Source of the DNA: Eledone cirrhosa | Taxonomy: Eukaryota | DNA: 64,000 bases | Assembly: GCA_964016885.1 (NCBI GenBank) | Contig: OZ024743.1 | Location: forward strand, 38,936,001 to 39,000,000 | Reading direction: 5' to 3' | Shown: piece after piece, positions 40,469-55,265 of the stretch | Layout of the letters: each line of letters begins with the position of its first letter | How positions within the stretch are numbered: the stretch's first letter is position 1 | Notes under the pieces: generated by a model | What the model saw: the letters and a program-made list of their open reading frames with translations, nothing else | Told to the model about the DNA's origin: nothing | Databases searched by the model: none | Program-made: the position numbers and the translations under genes

Positions 40469-42263
40469 TAAATTAATAAAAATCATGAATAAAAACAAAG
40501 AAACAGTTCCTTATATTAAAACATTCATCATTTTACGATCGTTTCTAGGATATATATGTGAGTGTTGGTATGTATATCATCTAGATCTATGTAAAATGTT
40601 TACAAACTATCAGAGGGAATATACATATCTACACATATATATGCTGTCTTCAGAAATAATGTTATTTGTTTATTGAAAAACAACAACAAAGTTTTAATAT
40701 AATAGGTCTGTTTGGGAACAGGTTTTGAATTGACCAATAGAAAATTAGTAAGTGGTCAAGTTGATAGAATTGTAGTAGTAGAAATTTAATTTAGGGGTAG
40801 AGGAATGCAGACTTCAGTTTTGAATGGAAAGAGTATTTTGAATGAAAATATTACTTTGGGGATGAAAATAGGTCAAGCCGGTAAAAGGTACACTAAAATT
40901 TGATGTTATTAAAGAATAATGCTCATGTTTTAATCTAATGTTTTAATCTAAGGAGATTACTCTAAATGTGTTAGTGAAAAATATCAATCTTATTTAAAAC
41001 AAGGAATTTAGATCTATAATAAGAAATTAAATTAATTTAATTGATAGGTATATTTATAGGGATACATTTATATTAATTCATATAGATATGATAAATAAGA
41101 GTTAGATGTTATTAAAGAATGTTGTTAAAAACGAAGGAAAAACAAATTTGGGGAGGGGGGGTAAATGTATTAGTGAGTAATAACAAACTTATATAGATTA
41201 CAAGGAATTTAGATTCATAACAGGAAATTAAAATAGTTTATATGTATACTTATTGGTATAAATTTTAAGAAAAGATAGCTGTAAAAGGGAAATAAAGTTA
41301 TGCAATTCTTAGAAGTAGAATATTAATTATAGGTTAACTAATTTTAAAAAAATAATTATAATAATTTGTAAAATATAAGTGTATATTAATTAGGTTTATA
41401 ATATTTGAAAGTTTTTCTAATTCTATGATTGCATGATATAATTAATTTATTTCCCTTTTACAGCTATCTTTTCCTAAAAATTATACTAATAAGTATACAT
41501 ATAAACTATTTCAATTTGCTCTTATGTATCTAAATTCCTTGTAATCTATATAAGTTTGTTATTTCTCACTAATATCCCCCCACAAAAAAAATGTTTTTCC
41601 TTCGTTTTTAACAACATTCTTTAATAACATCTAACTCTTATTTATCATATATATATGAATTAATATAAATTTATCCCTATAAATATACCTATCAATTAAA
41701 TTAATTTAATTTCTTTTTATCGATCTAAATTCCTTATGTTTTAAATAAGATTGATATTTTTCACTAACACATTTATAGTAAAATTTTATTCTCCTTAGAT
41801 TTTAACATTAGCATTATTCTTTAATAACATCAAATTTTCGTGTACCTTTCACCGGCTTGACCTATTTTCATCACAAAAGTAATCTTTTCATTCAAAATAC
41901 TCTTTCCATTCAAAACTGAAGTCTGCATTCCTCTACCCCTAAATTAAATTTCTACTACTACAATTCTATCAACTTGACCACTTACTAATTTTCTATTGGT
42001 CAATTCAAAACCTGTTCCCAAACAGATTTATTATATTAAATCTTTGTTATTTTTTTTTCAATAAACAAATATCCTTATTTCTGAAGACAGCATATATGTG
42101 TGTAGGTATGTATATTCCCTCTGATAGTTTGTAAACATTTTACATAGATCTATATGATATACATACCAACACACATATATATCATAGAAACGATCGTAAA
42201 ATGATGAATGTTTTAATATAAGGAACTGTTTCTTTGTTTTTATTCATTATTTTTATTAATTTA
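40469..42263. repeat. Foldback inverted repeat, ~850-bp arms, ~95-bp spacer
   Basis: 40469-41320 is the reverse complement of 41415-42263, with mismatches and small indels. Confidence 0.93.
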
Positions 42264-42269
42264 TATATA

Positions 42270-42781
42270 TGTAGTGACCTACATTCCGCGGGCTCACATA
42301 TATTCTCTGTGCGTGATTTGGCTCAGCTCAGCCAATCAGCGCCAGTAGAAGAGGATGTATCCCTACGCGCCCTGAGGGAGAAAATCCCCGCGAAGATTTG
42401 AAGGATCTCTCTCTCGCACTCGGAACTTCGAACCAGCAACACGTACAACATATGACGGTGAGATTTTGCTCTTTGGCCTGCCGGCTTCCCGGCACAATGG
42501 CACATTCCATTTTGTAACCTCATTTTATGTGTAACTTCAACCATACAAGTTAACAAACATTATTTGTGCTACAGCCGAGGTTAACTGTGACTTTCATCCT
42601 TACGGGGTCGATAAAATAAAGTACCAGTAATGAACTGGGTAATTGCTGGCCTTGTGCCTAAAGTAGAAACAATTATTTGTGCTACAACAAAAATAAACAT
42701 ACATTTCATCTCTAATTTCTGCTGTTGACATCATTATTATGCTACTCGTGTCTCAATAACATGTATACACTATGCTGCTAA
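42270..42781 (+). mobile_element. Possible solo LTR interrupted by a SINE
   Basis: Starts TGTAGTG after a TA run; GC-richer; CCAAT box at ~42332; AATAAA at ~42692; ends gctgctaa before a TA run (terminal CA imperfect). Confidence 0.35.
42574..42671 (+). mobile_element. 5'-truncated SINE with 15-bp target-site duplication
   Basis: ATTATTTGTGCTACA at 42559-42573 and 42672-42686. Confidence 0.88.
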
Positions 42782-43284
42782 ATATATATATAATACAATA
42801 ACAGAGATAGCTTAAAGCTAAACTCTGACTGGTAACCATCTCACTCAACAAACATTAGGTTATATGTTAGTATAAACCCAATTTAAGTGTTTGGGGTACT
42901 AACTATATGTATTATGTGGAAAGCCAGTTGTATTATTTTATGAGATATAATTAAAGTTAAAATATCTCTCTCTTTCCAAACAATTGTTTCATTATAAGTT
43001 TTCTACAAAATTAGGAGAATGTTTCCAGTTTATGTAGAAGCCTAACATATATACATGTAAGAATATATTTAGGTGGGCGCTTATAAATCATCAGTGGAAG
43101 CCCATTAAACTTTGATATAAGAAAAAATTCTTACCGCAGTTAAAAATCGTGTCTGCTAACCTGCTCCCTCATGCATCGAATGACTACCAAATTTGAAATT
43201 CCAGCAGTTTTTGACTGAGGAAGTATTATAGGGTCACGAAGCGGGAAAGGGAGACAACCAATACACGAGAAAAGAAAAAATAAT

Positions 43285-43670
43285 ATTCACGCGGGTTAAT
43301 TAGTTTTTTCAAAAACATTATCAATCCAACGTGTTAAGAACTCAATTGAAAATAAAAAAATAAATGCATGCGTGTATTATTTACACACGCATATAGATAT
43401 TTTCTTAGGCTAAAAACAGAAGGCGTACCCGAATAACAAACCGCATTTCATAACCGTAGTAAATACGGAAAGTTACGCTTTAAAGAGCAATCGGGAATGT
43501 AAATCTCTGGCCGAATTAAGAGTAAAATATTAAATATACGCGGGTTAATTAGTTATTTCAAAACTAATATCAATTCCACGTGTTAAGAACTCAATTAATT
43601 AAAAAAAAAAAAAGTATACATGTAATTATTTACACAGGCATATATATATTTTCTTATGCTAAAAACTGAG
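43285..43670. repeat. Direct duplication of ~135 bp, ~250 bp apart
   Basis: acgcgggttaattagtt...acgtgttaagaactcaatt...ttttctta.gctaaaaac at ~43289 and ~43538. Confidence 0.8.
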
Positions 43671-44225
43671 AAGTTACAACCAAAAAACCATCATATCGCA
43701 CAACAGTAATAAATATATATATTGGAAAATGTATGACCCCGACAGCAGAGCTCAAGCCATTTCGACGGCTATTTCTGGCTTAAATTAGAATTTTTAACCT
43801 GGTAAATAAATAGCCGAAATTTTCATGGGGTACTTCCTTATATGGGAGGATTGTTGTTGTCGAGAGGATTGTTCAACATTTCTTGTAAATACAATTAAGT
43901 CTATCATGGCAGTGGGTGGGAAGTGTTGGTGGCTGAACTTGCCTGTAGAGAAATGAGGGAGCGGGTGGGGCCGGTCAAGCATTGAAAGTGAAATCTATAC
44001 AGCACATTCTAAGGATTGTGTATGAAAGTAGGCCAGATGAAGTAGGCGAAAAAGGGTTCTGGAGAAAATGGAGGAGGTCAGCCCGTTAAAGTGACCCACA
44101 CAAAAAGAGGCCGTTAGTAAAAGCGGGAATTGTCACACTACTAAAAAAAATAGCAGCAAGATACAACATTTTCTTCTCTACACGGAGGGAGAATATACAT
44201 AAAATTAGATTAGTATGTGTGTGTA

Positions 44226-44293
<68 letters not shown>

Positions 44294-44417
44294 CGTGTGT
44301 GGCTGTGTGTCTGTGGCTGTGTATGTGTGTGTTTCTGTGTGCGTGTGTGTATCGTTCCATACATTATGTGCATTTGATTATATCTCATAACGTCACATGA
44401 AGTGAGATTGCTAAAAA

Positions 44418-44607
44418 ATAATTGTTTCTACTTTTGGCACAAGCCAGCAATTACCCAGTACATTACTGGTACTTTATTTTATCGACCCCCATAAGGAAGA
44501 AAGGCAACGTTAACTTCGAGGGGATTTGAACTCAGACCGTAAAGGGACGTAACTATGCTAGAAAGCATTGCGTCCAACCCTCTACTAATACTGCTAATTC
44601 ATCGCCC
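44418..44607 (-). mobile_element. tRNA-derived SINE, full-length
   Basis: Family consensus; aaaataatt on both flanks. Confidence 0.87.
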
Positions 44608-45341
44608 TTACAAAATAATTCAGTCAATATAGACTTTTGAGGATATGAAGATACAATAACGTGCAACGGTGATGTATATTATATTATATACGAAAGGTAA
44701 TTGGTAAAATAATTACTTCAACACTGTTGTCGTATGTTTTCATTTGCATCTCGTATAACCTTGAGATATATCTATCTAGTTTACAGTCAATCACAACCAT
44801 TAGATTAATGTTTGTCTGATGTTATAAATATAGACAACGTTTATGACAGTTGTCCTCATTATATATTCAATACGTGTAGTAATTTTTAGGCTTCTAACAT
44901 ACATGCAGAATCAATTCTAAATGAAACAAGAAATGATAACTGAAACTGGCATCTCAGTGCCATTTAATCTGTTAAAATGATTCACGCACGTAAGTTTGTT
45001 ACTTACTATAATGGGAAGCTTCTGAATAGTTTTATATGAAATAGTGCCTATGCACTTGTGTGCTGCATATAAATGTATATATATATTCTTGAGACGTCTA
45101 ATATTAGAGGAGACGTTTTCATTGTTATTTTCATTGTTATTTCTCCTTCATTGTTGAGTAAATTTCGATGGGATTTTGGCTGCTACTACTCGCATCATAA
45201 TAATCTTATTATCCTAATATAAACAAAGATGTATATTCATTTAATAGTTCAATGACGCAAGTTGTTGGAGAACATGCCGTATTGAATCGACATGTTCTGT
45301 ATACTATTTATTCAATACATTCTCTAGTTTCAAAAAATATC

Positions 45342-45402
45342 ACCCTGAAGATGGAATAAATTATTCCAATATTTTTTAATTCCAGAAACCATATTTGGGG
45401 AT
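45342..45402 (+). ncRNA. Candidate hammerhead motif with long helix II
   Basis: ccCTGAAGA-TGGAAT...ATTCCA-GAAAC-catatt-tgggg. Confidence 0.45.
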
Positions 45403-45955
45403 ACTAATATATTTACTAATATAGATACTAGCCCCCCCCCCCCCACTACCACCACCACCCAAAAAGAAATCGATATTTTGGCTAAAGTTTAACATGTTTA
45501 ATCGCTTCTGTGATGTGATATTTTACCTTTATAATTTATCCTTTCATTGGGATGTCTATCATTATACACAAAGTACTATTTGTTTGATATTGCCAACCGT
45601 TCCAGGGTTGAAGAGATTTAGAGGTGTTTAGGAGTGGTATTACTAGCGTTATTATAAGACTGTCCTATACTCATATTATATAGAGAGATATCTGTTCATT
45701 TAGTAGCTCCACGACGCAACTTCGTGGATGCCATGCGATTTCGGGAACATTTTCTTTATATCATCTATTCACTATGTTCTCTAATTTCAAAGAAGACAGA
45801 ATATATTATTCCAATATTGGTTATTTTTATGAATTGAAATAATCAGTATTGTTTCGTATGTCCTGAAACCGTGGCTGGAGATACAATGTGTGTAAAACTG
45901 TCTCCTTTTAATTGATCTAGCTTATCTCGGGATTTTGACTTAAGTGTAATGTGAT

Positions 45956-46026
<71 letters not shown>

Positions 46027-46778
46027 CATATATATATATATGAGAGAGAGAGCGTGAAGGCGGAGTGGAGGTAGAGTTAAAAATCAAAGCAGAGAAAAGA
46101 TTATTTGTTTCTTTAATCCGATAGAATTAATCATTTTATACTTGTGGAATTAAATATAACCGATTACGATCGGTATAAATATCTTACGAAATATTAAATA
46201 TTACAAAATGTTTTTTTAATATAGTCTGTGAGCAGTTTGAATATATGTGATATCTGTCAACATTTCTTCTTATATATATCTTCTTCATGAAGATGCGATA
46301 GTGAATGTGTATATGGGATCCAACATTTCAGCATTCAATTGAATTCCCTTGGTTAAAATAGAAAATGCAGTTACTATATATAATAATGGTCACGATAGCA
46401 TGTTTTATGTGTGCGTTTTTGTTTAGATTTTTATGTAGGGTTAAATTGTGTCAAACGGTCAAGGTTTGGGGTTTGTGAAATTAGCTGCAAAGAGATAAGA
46501 TTAAATGTAAGATGTCTTTCGTCTTTTGCTATGTGTGTGTGTGTGTGTACCACGTGTTTCAAGAAATCAAAAATAGTTTTATGGTTTGCAGATAAACGCA
46601 TGGATAAAAATATAACAAGATATATAGATGTTAACATGATTGAAAGCGGTCCGGGGTGGGGGTGAAAAAGCAGAGTTTCTAGAGGATTTCCAGAAGAGAA
46701 CGAATTGAGAAGTGTAAAAAATGATAATGAATATAAATGAAAAATAAATACACATAAAAAATGAAAAAAAAATAACAG

Positions 46779-46825
<47 letters not shown>

Positions 46826-47149
46826 GAGAGAGAGAAAAGACAGAGAGAAATGATGGAAGATATGAAAGAGAAAAAGGAAAGAATACTTTTGGAATCATGG
46901 TTTATTTCTTCTATGTTGAGGTATGTTTGCATACATGCCGGTGTACATTGGTTTTTGGCCTCTATAGAACAATATTTATATTCATACATACCAATTCACT
47001 GATAGATCTTATATGTGAACAAGGTTGTGTATCATTGAATTGCCGTATGAATATATTCCACCCAAAGGTGTTAGCTGGGTATATATCCTATAATATTACC
47101 GCTTATAAACCATCATATATATATGATGGCTGCAACTCGATTTCTAGTA

Positions 47150-47410
47150 ATGCCGTCGCAAGATGCTTAAGGATGAGCTTCACGTACATGGCTTTTTCGT
47201 CCTGCTATGGGCTTGCCTATGTCCAGCATAGCAAGAAATATCACATATCAAGCGGTGCCTGTGGTTGAAGTTTTTTTAAGTGAGGAAAGGCTTTGCATAT
47301 GGCCAATCCCACTCTCTGACCATCGAAGAGTTGGGATGCATCAAAGAATTTGGCTGCTCATTCTCAAATGTAGAATATTGGAGTGCCTAGCGTAGTTTTG
47401 TCAGAGTCCA
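47150..47410 (-). mobile_element. Possible decayed RTE-type LINE fragment
   Basis: Minus-strand remnants WTLTK...TFE and W/IGHM. Confidence 0.25.
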
Positions 47411-47771
47411 TGTCAGAATATTGCTTTCAAAAAAATATCTTGAAACTTAGAGAAAAAATAACCAAAATTTAAAAATAAATAAACGGGTACACAAAGCAGA
47501 CGGTCAAACAATTCCATGAGGAATTAATGGAACACAAATGTTTGACACTGGAGAAAAAAGAAAACGAACAACTCGGATCAGTAGTTATTACGTGATCATG
47601 CATTTATATATATATATATATTCATAACCCCGTACGTACACACACACACATACACACGCCCACCCACACGCACACCCACACCCATACCCACACACACACA
47701 TATTTATATATATATATATATATATATATAAATTATCAATGATAGCAAACTGTTATTATTATCAATATTAT

Positions 47772-47967
47772 AGGGCGGTGGATTGGCAGTATAGGTAGAG
47801 GGTCGGACGCCATGCTTTGATGCATAGAATTACGGCCGTTGCCATTGTGAGTTCAAACCCCGCCGAGGTTGACTTTGCCTTTCATCCTTACGGCGTCGAT
47901 AAAATAAAGTACAGTAGTGTACTGGGTAATTGCTGGCCTTGTGCCAAAAGTAGAAGCAATTATTATT
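47772..47967 (+). mobile_element. tRNA-derived SINE, full-length
   Basis: GGGCGGTGGATTGGCAGTATAGG (A box), GAGTT/GTTTGAAC-type B box gagttcaaacccc, core ctttcatccttacggcgtcgataaaataaagtac, (ATT) tail. Confidence 0.88.
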
Positions 47968-49013
47968 AATGTTATATATATATGTATATGTATATGTGTG
48001 TGGGGTGGGGTGGGGGATATGTGTGTGTGTGTGTGGGGGGGTGTATGTGTGTGTGTGCGTGTGTGTAAATCAACCAGTTTATGGGTATGAACGTTCACCA
48101 TAGTAAAAAAGGAGTCAAAGGGTTACACTTGTAAAAAGACTAAGAACCACTGCCGTATAACAGGCTGTTCTTTTTTGGTAACAGATGCATATTCTATTTC
48201 AAATGATAAACATTAATATGGAAATGTTGTACAACTAACTAAGCAATATAAAGCAATAGTATTTGACCCCCAACTATATGTGGAATTGATCTGGCCTCAT
48301 TCCTGCAGAGTCCATTGACTGAAATGCGGGTAATCTTCCCTTTTATTGGAAATGAATTCATTCATTGTTCAACTTAATATAGGTGAATGATCATCTCCCC
48401 AATTGAAGTGACATACTTGAACACGGCATTAATTATGTCTCTACGGACCCCACAATTCACATGTACTCATAATTATTTTTAGTGTAAAGTACGCTACTCA
48501 TTTATGTTACATTCAGAACCAGATATTCATCTCAACTAAACTTTTATTAACTTACATAATTCAGAAGTGTAAAAGCTGAAAATGGAGGTTGTGAACTCCG
48601 TTTGATGTCCGTTAAACATTAATAATTATAGATTTGCAACACGGCAACAGTAATAGTTGAAACTAAATTAATAGGTGCCTTGGGGATATTATACGAAATC
48701 ATGTTTTTAACTATTGATTAGATAGTATTTAATTGCTTATCAGTATTCTTAACGATAGCAAATTAATTAATAGTATGCTGTTAATATTTAATTGATTCAT
48801 TAGGCTAAATATTTTTCACTGCACAAACTAGTATTAATAATATATCCACCGCATATTCTTTTCATCATTCTGCTCCTGTCGACACCACTACTTCTTCCTA
48901 ATTCTTCACTTCTGTTCACGCGAAATCATTTATATATTCTAGATCTCACTCCTTTTCTCGCTTCTCCCTCCCCACATCTAACTCTCCCTCTCTCTGTCTC
49001 TTTCTCTCACTCA

Positions 49014-49044
<31 letters not shown>

Positions 49045-49073
49045 GTATATATATATATGTGTGTGTATGTGTC

Positions 49074-49110
<37 letters not shown>

Positions 49111-49115
49111 ACGGT

Positions 49116-49162
<47 letters not shown>

Positions 49163-49324
49163 ATATATATTAAAAACGTTACAACCGAAAGAAGACAGGA
49201 AGGCGAAACTTTGGTTCGTGGAAACTTTCCCTTCACAATATTTGCTCCACGGTTCTTATATATCAGATATATATTTATCCTTATCGAGCCCTCTTTAGAT
49301 GTTAGTCTCCAAATTTTTGATTAT

Positions 49325-49363
<39 letters not shown>

Positions 49364-49525
49364 GGTAGATGTCTGTCTGTGTGTGTGTATGATTTTTATG
49401 CATTTCCACATTTCTCCACCGATTTTGATGATTCTTTTTCAAATGTGCTCCAAATTTACCAGGGCAGGTCAAGATATCCTTTTTCTATGAAACAAAATCG
49501 ATAACACTAAATAAATGCTGTATCC

Positions 49526-49932
49526 CTCTCTCTTACACGCTTCATTCCTCTCACTACCCTCAATCTCCTCCGCTACTCTCTTTAAAATGTTACTGCCTCC
49601 GACTCTGAAGGAAGGCGACACACAGTTTCATAACTCTCTCTCTTACACATTTTGTCCACTCACGACCTTCAATCTCTTCCGCAACTCTCTTTAAAATGTT
49701 ATTGGCTCCGTCTCTGAAGGAAGGCGACACACAGTTTGATAACTCTCTCTCTTACACATTTTGTCCACTCACGACCTTCAATCTCTTCCGCAACTCTCTT
49801 TAACAGGTTACTGCGTCCGTCTCTGAAGGAAGGCGACACAAACATTGATAACCCTTTCTCTTACACATTTCATTCCTCTCACTACCCTCAATCTCCTCCG
49901 CAACTCTCTTTAAAAGGTTACTGCCCCCGTCT
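49526..49932 (+). repeat. 109-bp tandem repeat (~3.7 units) in the Helitron 5' region
   Basis: ctctgaaggaaggcgacac at 49603, 49712 and 49821. Confidence 0.88.
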
Positions 49933-50585
49933 CCATTACAGTTTAGAACAACGACAAATCTCTCTCTATAATAGATCATTCACCCTCTTTGTTCGTCATA
50001 CATCAAATATTAACATTTAAAAAGCCGATAACACTAAATACATACTGCTCTCTCAACGTTACATTTTACATCAAGTAACAAATATTCAAAAGCAAGAGAT
50101 GAATTAATACAACAACAAACTTAACAATAACGACGCTTAAGCGTTCATTTACTTGAATCTCAACAAAGGCATTATATTTTATTGTTGTCCTTTTTGTAAA
50201 TTTTCTTTCTTTGTTTTTCTCAATATGAGACAAAAAATTAATGAGAAAACTTTTTTAACGAACGTCCCATTTCGATGATTTATTTTCCAGTGTGCTCCAA
50301 AATAACGCCACCGCTGTTTACGCTCTTTTGTGCTATAACTCTGACAGGCTTGGCTTACAGGTTTGACCTATTATTTGACGTGCATTCTTCATAGATTTTA
50401 CTTAGTACTCACTTTCCACTTACTCACCGTTCAATTGAAAGTTTTGGCTACTCCCCCTTTCATGGTCCATTACCTGCATAAATATTTACGTGTTCCGTCC
50501 TGCTACAATATAGTACTCACTTTAAACTAATTCAAAATTCCTTTGAAAATTTTAGCTACCAAGCACATTCTTTGAATCTACGGTC

Positions 50586-53500
50586 ATGCCACCCCAAAAA
50601 AGACCACGACTTAGTTGCCAAGCTAAAGCTGCTTCTGCTGCCAAACGAAGAAGAGCTACAGAGTCGTCCGTGGAAAAATTGACTCGGTTGTCAGAAAATG
50701 CAACTCGAAATGCAATTACGCGGGCAACCGAGACAGAAAAAAAGAGGAGCAACCGCTTTCCGGAAATGCATTTGTAACTGCAGTTGCACGTGCAGCGCAA
50801 ACTGATGAACGACATTCTCGACGACGAAGCAAAAATGCGGCCTCCACCGCTGCGGCATGTGGCGGTGAGGACGAAGATCACCGTTACAGTCGACGACGAA
50901 GAAATGCCGCCTTAACTGCTGCGTCACGTGCTGTCGAGGACGAAGGTCAGCGTTCCAGACGTCAACGTACAGTTGTCGCTTCAACAGCTTCTGTTCGCGC
51001 ATCAGAGACTGCGCAAATTCAATTACAAAGGCTAAACGCCAACGCACTCCGCAGGAGTGCTAAACGAGGTGCACAGAGGATCAGTTGCACTCAGTGGTAT
51101 CATAAGGCTTTCCACTATGACCCAACAATAAACTATGCACTGATGCCAGAAGTTCAGATTGGATCCATGTCTGTCATTTGCCAATATTGTAGGTCAGAAA
51201 AATGGCCTGGGGAGACTTCAGGGATGTGCTGCTCTGACAGCAAAGTGAAACTGCCTCTTCTAGAGTAACAACCACTTCCTTTGAAGTCTCTACTGACCCG
51301 CTGCCACAGCGGAGTCGGAACACTTCCTTCGATGTTCCAGGAGATACAACGCTGCCTTCCAAATGACCTCTTTCGGAGCTAACATCATACGCGAGGACGG
51401 CTTCATGCCCACCTTTCAAGTTCAAGGACAAATTTACCACAGAATCGGTTCGCTACTGTCCACCTCAGACGGACAGCCCCAGTTCCTACAGCTATACTTT
51501 GTCACTGACTATTTGGACCAAGCGGAACGACACGCTTCAATTTCGCCTGGCACAGACATGAACATTATGTTGCAACTCCATAGAATGCTGCGCGAAAACA
51601 ACAACTACATTCGCAGTTTTAAATGCGTATTGGAGGCTGCTCCGTTGCCAAGTTTTGCTGTTATAATCGACGCTGACAGGAAACCACCAGGCACCCACGC
51701 CAGACGTTTTAAGACTCCCACGGGCAAGGAAATATCTGTGCTTCTTCATAGAGAAAAGTACATCACGCAGAACATCATACTTCAGTGTGGGGACAATAGT
51801 CTGCAACGGATCAGCGAGATGCATAGGTCCTACGACGCATTCCAATATCCCCTACTTTTCCCATTCGGTGACGACGGATACCACTTTGGAATTCCTTTGT
51901 GCAACAGCTACAAAACTGTTTCCTCTATGCAATTCTACACCTACCGATTCATGGGCCGCGAATGCTGCTTTAACCAACTCCACCGTGCAAGAGTACTCTT
52001 CAACCAGCTTGCTGTAGACGCGTGCGCAAAGATGGAATCTGAAAGGCTGTGCTACATAAGGAACAATCAAGCACGCCCTCGTTCGGACAGCTACATTCAT
52101 TACGGGATGGAGTAAGGAATGACATCGATCCAGAGAACCTAGGAAAACATTGTATCCTTCCGTCGACCTACATTGGGAGTCCCGATACATGAGTAGAACC
52201 CACACAGGATACTATGACGTACGTGCGTCTCTACGGCAGACCGGATCTCTTCATCACTTCAACATGCAACCCTAAGTGGAATGAAATTACCGCGGAATTA
52301 TTCCCCGGACAAATGGCCTCAGACAGACACGATCTTACGGCACGAGTCTTTCACTTGAAGTTGACAAAACTTATTGAACTCCTAAAATCAGGTAAGGCCC
52401 TTGGACCTGTTAGGTGCTACGTATACACCGTTGAGTGGCAACAGAGAGGCCTGCCACACGCTCACCTACTCATTTGGCTGAATACGAAAATGAACGCAAG
52501 CAGCATTGACTGCATCATTCCAGCAGAAATACCCGACCCAAAATTCGACAGAGAACTCCACAACATCGTCATTGCTCACATGGTTCATGGGCCATGCGGA
52601 AACGGTTTCAACATGAATTGTCCATGCATTAAAGAAAGAACGTGCACCAAGAGGTATCCTAGGCCATTCCTCCGAGAAACTCGGACAGGTGGCGACGGTT
52701 ATCCATTATACCACCGCAAGGAGCCAGCGTAGGGAGGATTTGTTGCGAAAACACCACATCACAACATGGACAACCGGTGGATTGTACCCTACTGCCCACT
52801 TCTGCTTAAATTATTTAACGCCCACATTAACGTTGAACACTTCCACTCCGTCAAATCGATAAAGTACGTCGGCAAGTATATCAATAAGGGGTCCGATGCT
52901 GCGTCCTTTGGTCTTACAATGGAGAACAACAGAGATGAAGTAACGCGATACCAAATCGGCCGATACATCAGCAGCAATGAAGCGTTCTGGCGATTCTTCC
53001 ACTTTGCAGCAATACACCATAACTAACCCCAATCAAACAGTTGGTGGTACACCTTGAAAACGGTCAAAGAGTTTACTTCACCGCCTCCACCGCTACTGAG
53101 ATAGCAGAGGAACCCAAGGACACCACACTTACGGCATTTTTAAAGTTATGCCGAAACGATCCCTTCGCCCAGACCATCTTCTACTTTCAGGTGCCATCAT
53201 ACTACACATGGACCACAGACAACATAATTTGGTTAAGAAGGGTGAAAGAACAACCCGTCGAAGGAAATCCAGACATTAAAATGTCCCCTAACCTTGGGAG
53301 AGTGTACACCATTCATCCTAACCAACAGGAATGCTTTTATCTCGGCCTTCTACTGCAATACCTACTATAACCGACATCTTTCGACGATCTGAAAACAATC
53401 AACGGAGAGCTTTGTACTTCATTCCGCGCAGCCTGCCTTAGACCGAGTCTACTGGAAGATGGCGCTCAGTGGGATGCGACATTGGCGGAGGCAGCTACAA

Positions 53501-55208
53501 TACGCTCAGCGCGAACTCTTCGGCTACTCTTGCGGTGCTACTGCAGACATGCGAGTTAAGCGACCCTGTATCCTTATGGGACACATACAAAGAGGACCTT
53601 TCCGATGACTACATACACCAAGGACAACTGCTACTCCCTCATTCCAACGTACGGCTCAGCGACGAATTCTTCAACAAAGCTCTCATTGGCATCGAGGACA
53701 CAATCCTAACTGCTGGCGGAAATGACCTTCCATTCTATGGATTGCCAAAAGTTCAGCGAACGGGCTCCGACAAACTTCCGATGGGCATAATTCAGGAAAC
53801 TGCCTACGACGTCCACGCCCTGGAACTGTTCATCAACGAAAACGGGCCGAAATTGTTGCAGGACCAACGGCAGGCGTATGACACAGTTTTCACTTCCATT
53901 CGTCAACGCAGAGAAGGTATCTTCTTTTTGGACGCCCCAGGAGGAACTGGTAATACATTCGTTAATAAACTCCTCCTCGTCAAAGTGCGACAGCAGAAAG
54001 GAATGGCCTTGGCTGTGGCTTCTTCTGGCATTGCCGCAACTCTGCTGCCCGGAGGTAGGACAACTCATTCCGCATTTAAAATGCCATTCAACAAAACTTC
54101 AGCCGACACAATAACCTGCAATATCACCAAGGACTCTGACAAAGCCGAATTCTTGAAAAGATGCCACCTAATTGTGTGGGACGAATGCACAGTGACACAT
54201 AAAGGGTCCCTTGAGGCGTTAAACAGGACCCTACAAGACATCAGGGAATGCAACCGGCCGATGGGAGGAGTACCTCTACTGCTGTCTGGCGATTTTCGAC
54301 AAACTTTTCCACTTGTTCCAAAAGCTACCAGGGCCGACACTGTGGAGGCTTGCATTAAGTCTTCTCGACTGTGGCAGGAAGTGACAATCGTGACCCTCAC
54401 AACAAACATGAGAGCCCAACTGCTAAGCGACCACTCAGCAGCCGACTTCTCAAAGGACCTGTTAACAGTTGCTGACGGCACTCCACCTTCAGATGCAGCT
54501 GGAGAATTGGCAGTCTCGCAAGTAGGCACCGTTGTCGACACTCGATGACCTCACAGCCTCTGTCTTTCCCGATATGGCTACCAACTCCAAAAACATGAGT
54601 TGGCTATGCGATAGAGCCATATTGGCTCCAAAAAATGTCTCAGTTGCAAAAATCAATGAGGACCTTCTGAAACGCATTCCTGGAAACCTCCGTACCTACA
54701 AATCTGTGGACAAAGTGGTGGACAAAGATCAGTTTGACGATTTTCCGACAGAATTCCTCAATTCCTCGGACCTCTCTGGGCTGCCACCTCATGAACTGCG
54801 CGTTAAATTTGGGACTCCAGTCATGCTGTTGAGGAACCTGGAACCACTGTGTCTCTGCAACGGAACACGGTTAGTGGTAAGAAACCTCCTGCCGCATGTA
54901 ATTGAAACCACAATTCTCACGGGCTACATATCCAGAATATTCATATCCAGAATACCATTAACTCCATCAGGTACGGAATGCCTCTGTACTCTGCGCCAAC
55001 TTCAATTCCCCGTTAAACTTTGCTCGCGATGTCAATCAACAAGTCCCAAGGCCAAACGCTATCAACGGCAGGCTTGGATTTAGCTCAGCCGTGCTTCTCA
55101 CGCGGCCAATTATACGTCGCACGCTCAAGAGTGGGATGCAACCATAACTTATTCATACTTGCGCCAAAAGGCAGAACAAAAAATGTGGTCTACATAGAGG
55201 TGTTGTGA
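50586..55208 (+). pseudogene. Helitron Rep (HUH-Y2) / PIF1-like helicase, multiple stops and frameshifts
   Basis: FITSTCNPKW, VEWQQRGLPHAHLL, YVGKYINKG; helicase LDAPGGTGNT (Walker A K->N), IVWDE, GDFRQ, INKSQGQT, GQLYVARSRV. Confidence 0.95.
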
Positions 55209-55265
55209 CTCCTCTATTCAGCACCACTGCAGTCTTGCCGGTCTGAGATATAGTGAGTAGATATT

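Noticed and set aside
42115-42160. ctgatag-tgtaaa(cat)tttaca-tagatcta in the palindrome arm
   Set aside because: Both catalytic boxes deviate from the hammerhead consensus
49526-49932. Regular repeats as a CRISPR array
   Set aside because: Whole units repeat with no unique spacers; eukaryotic Helitron context
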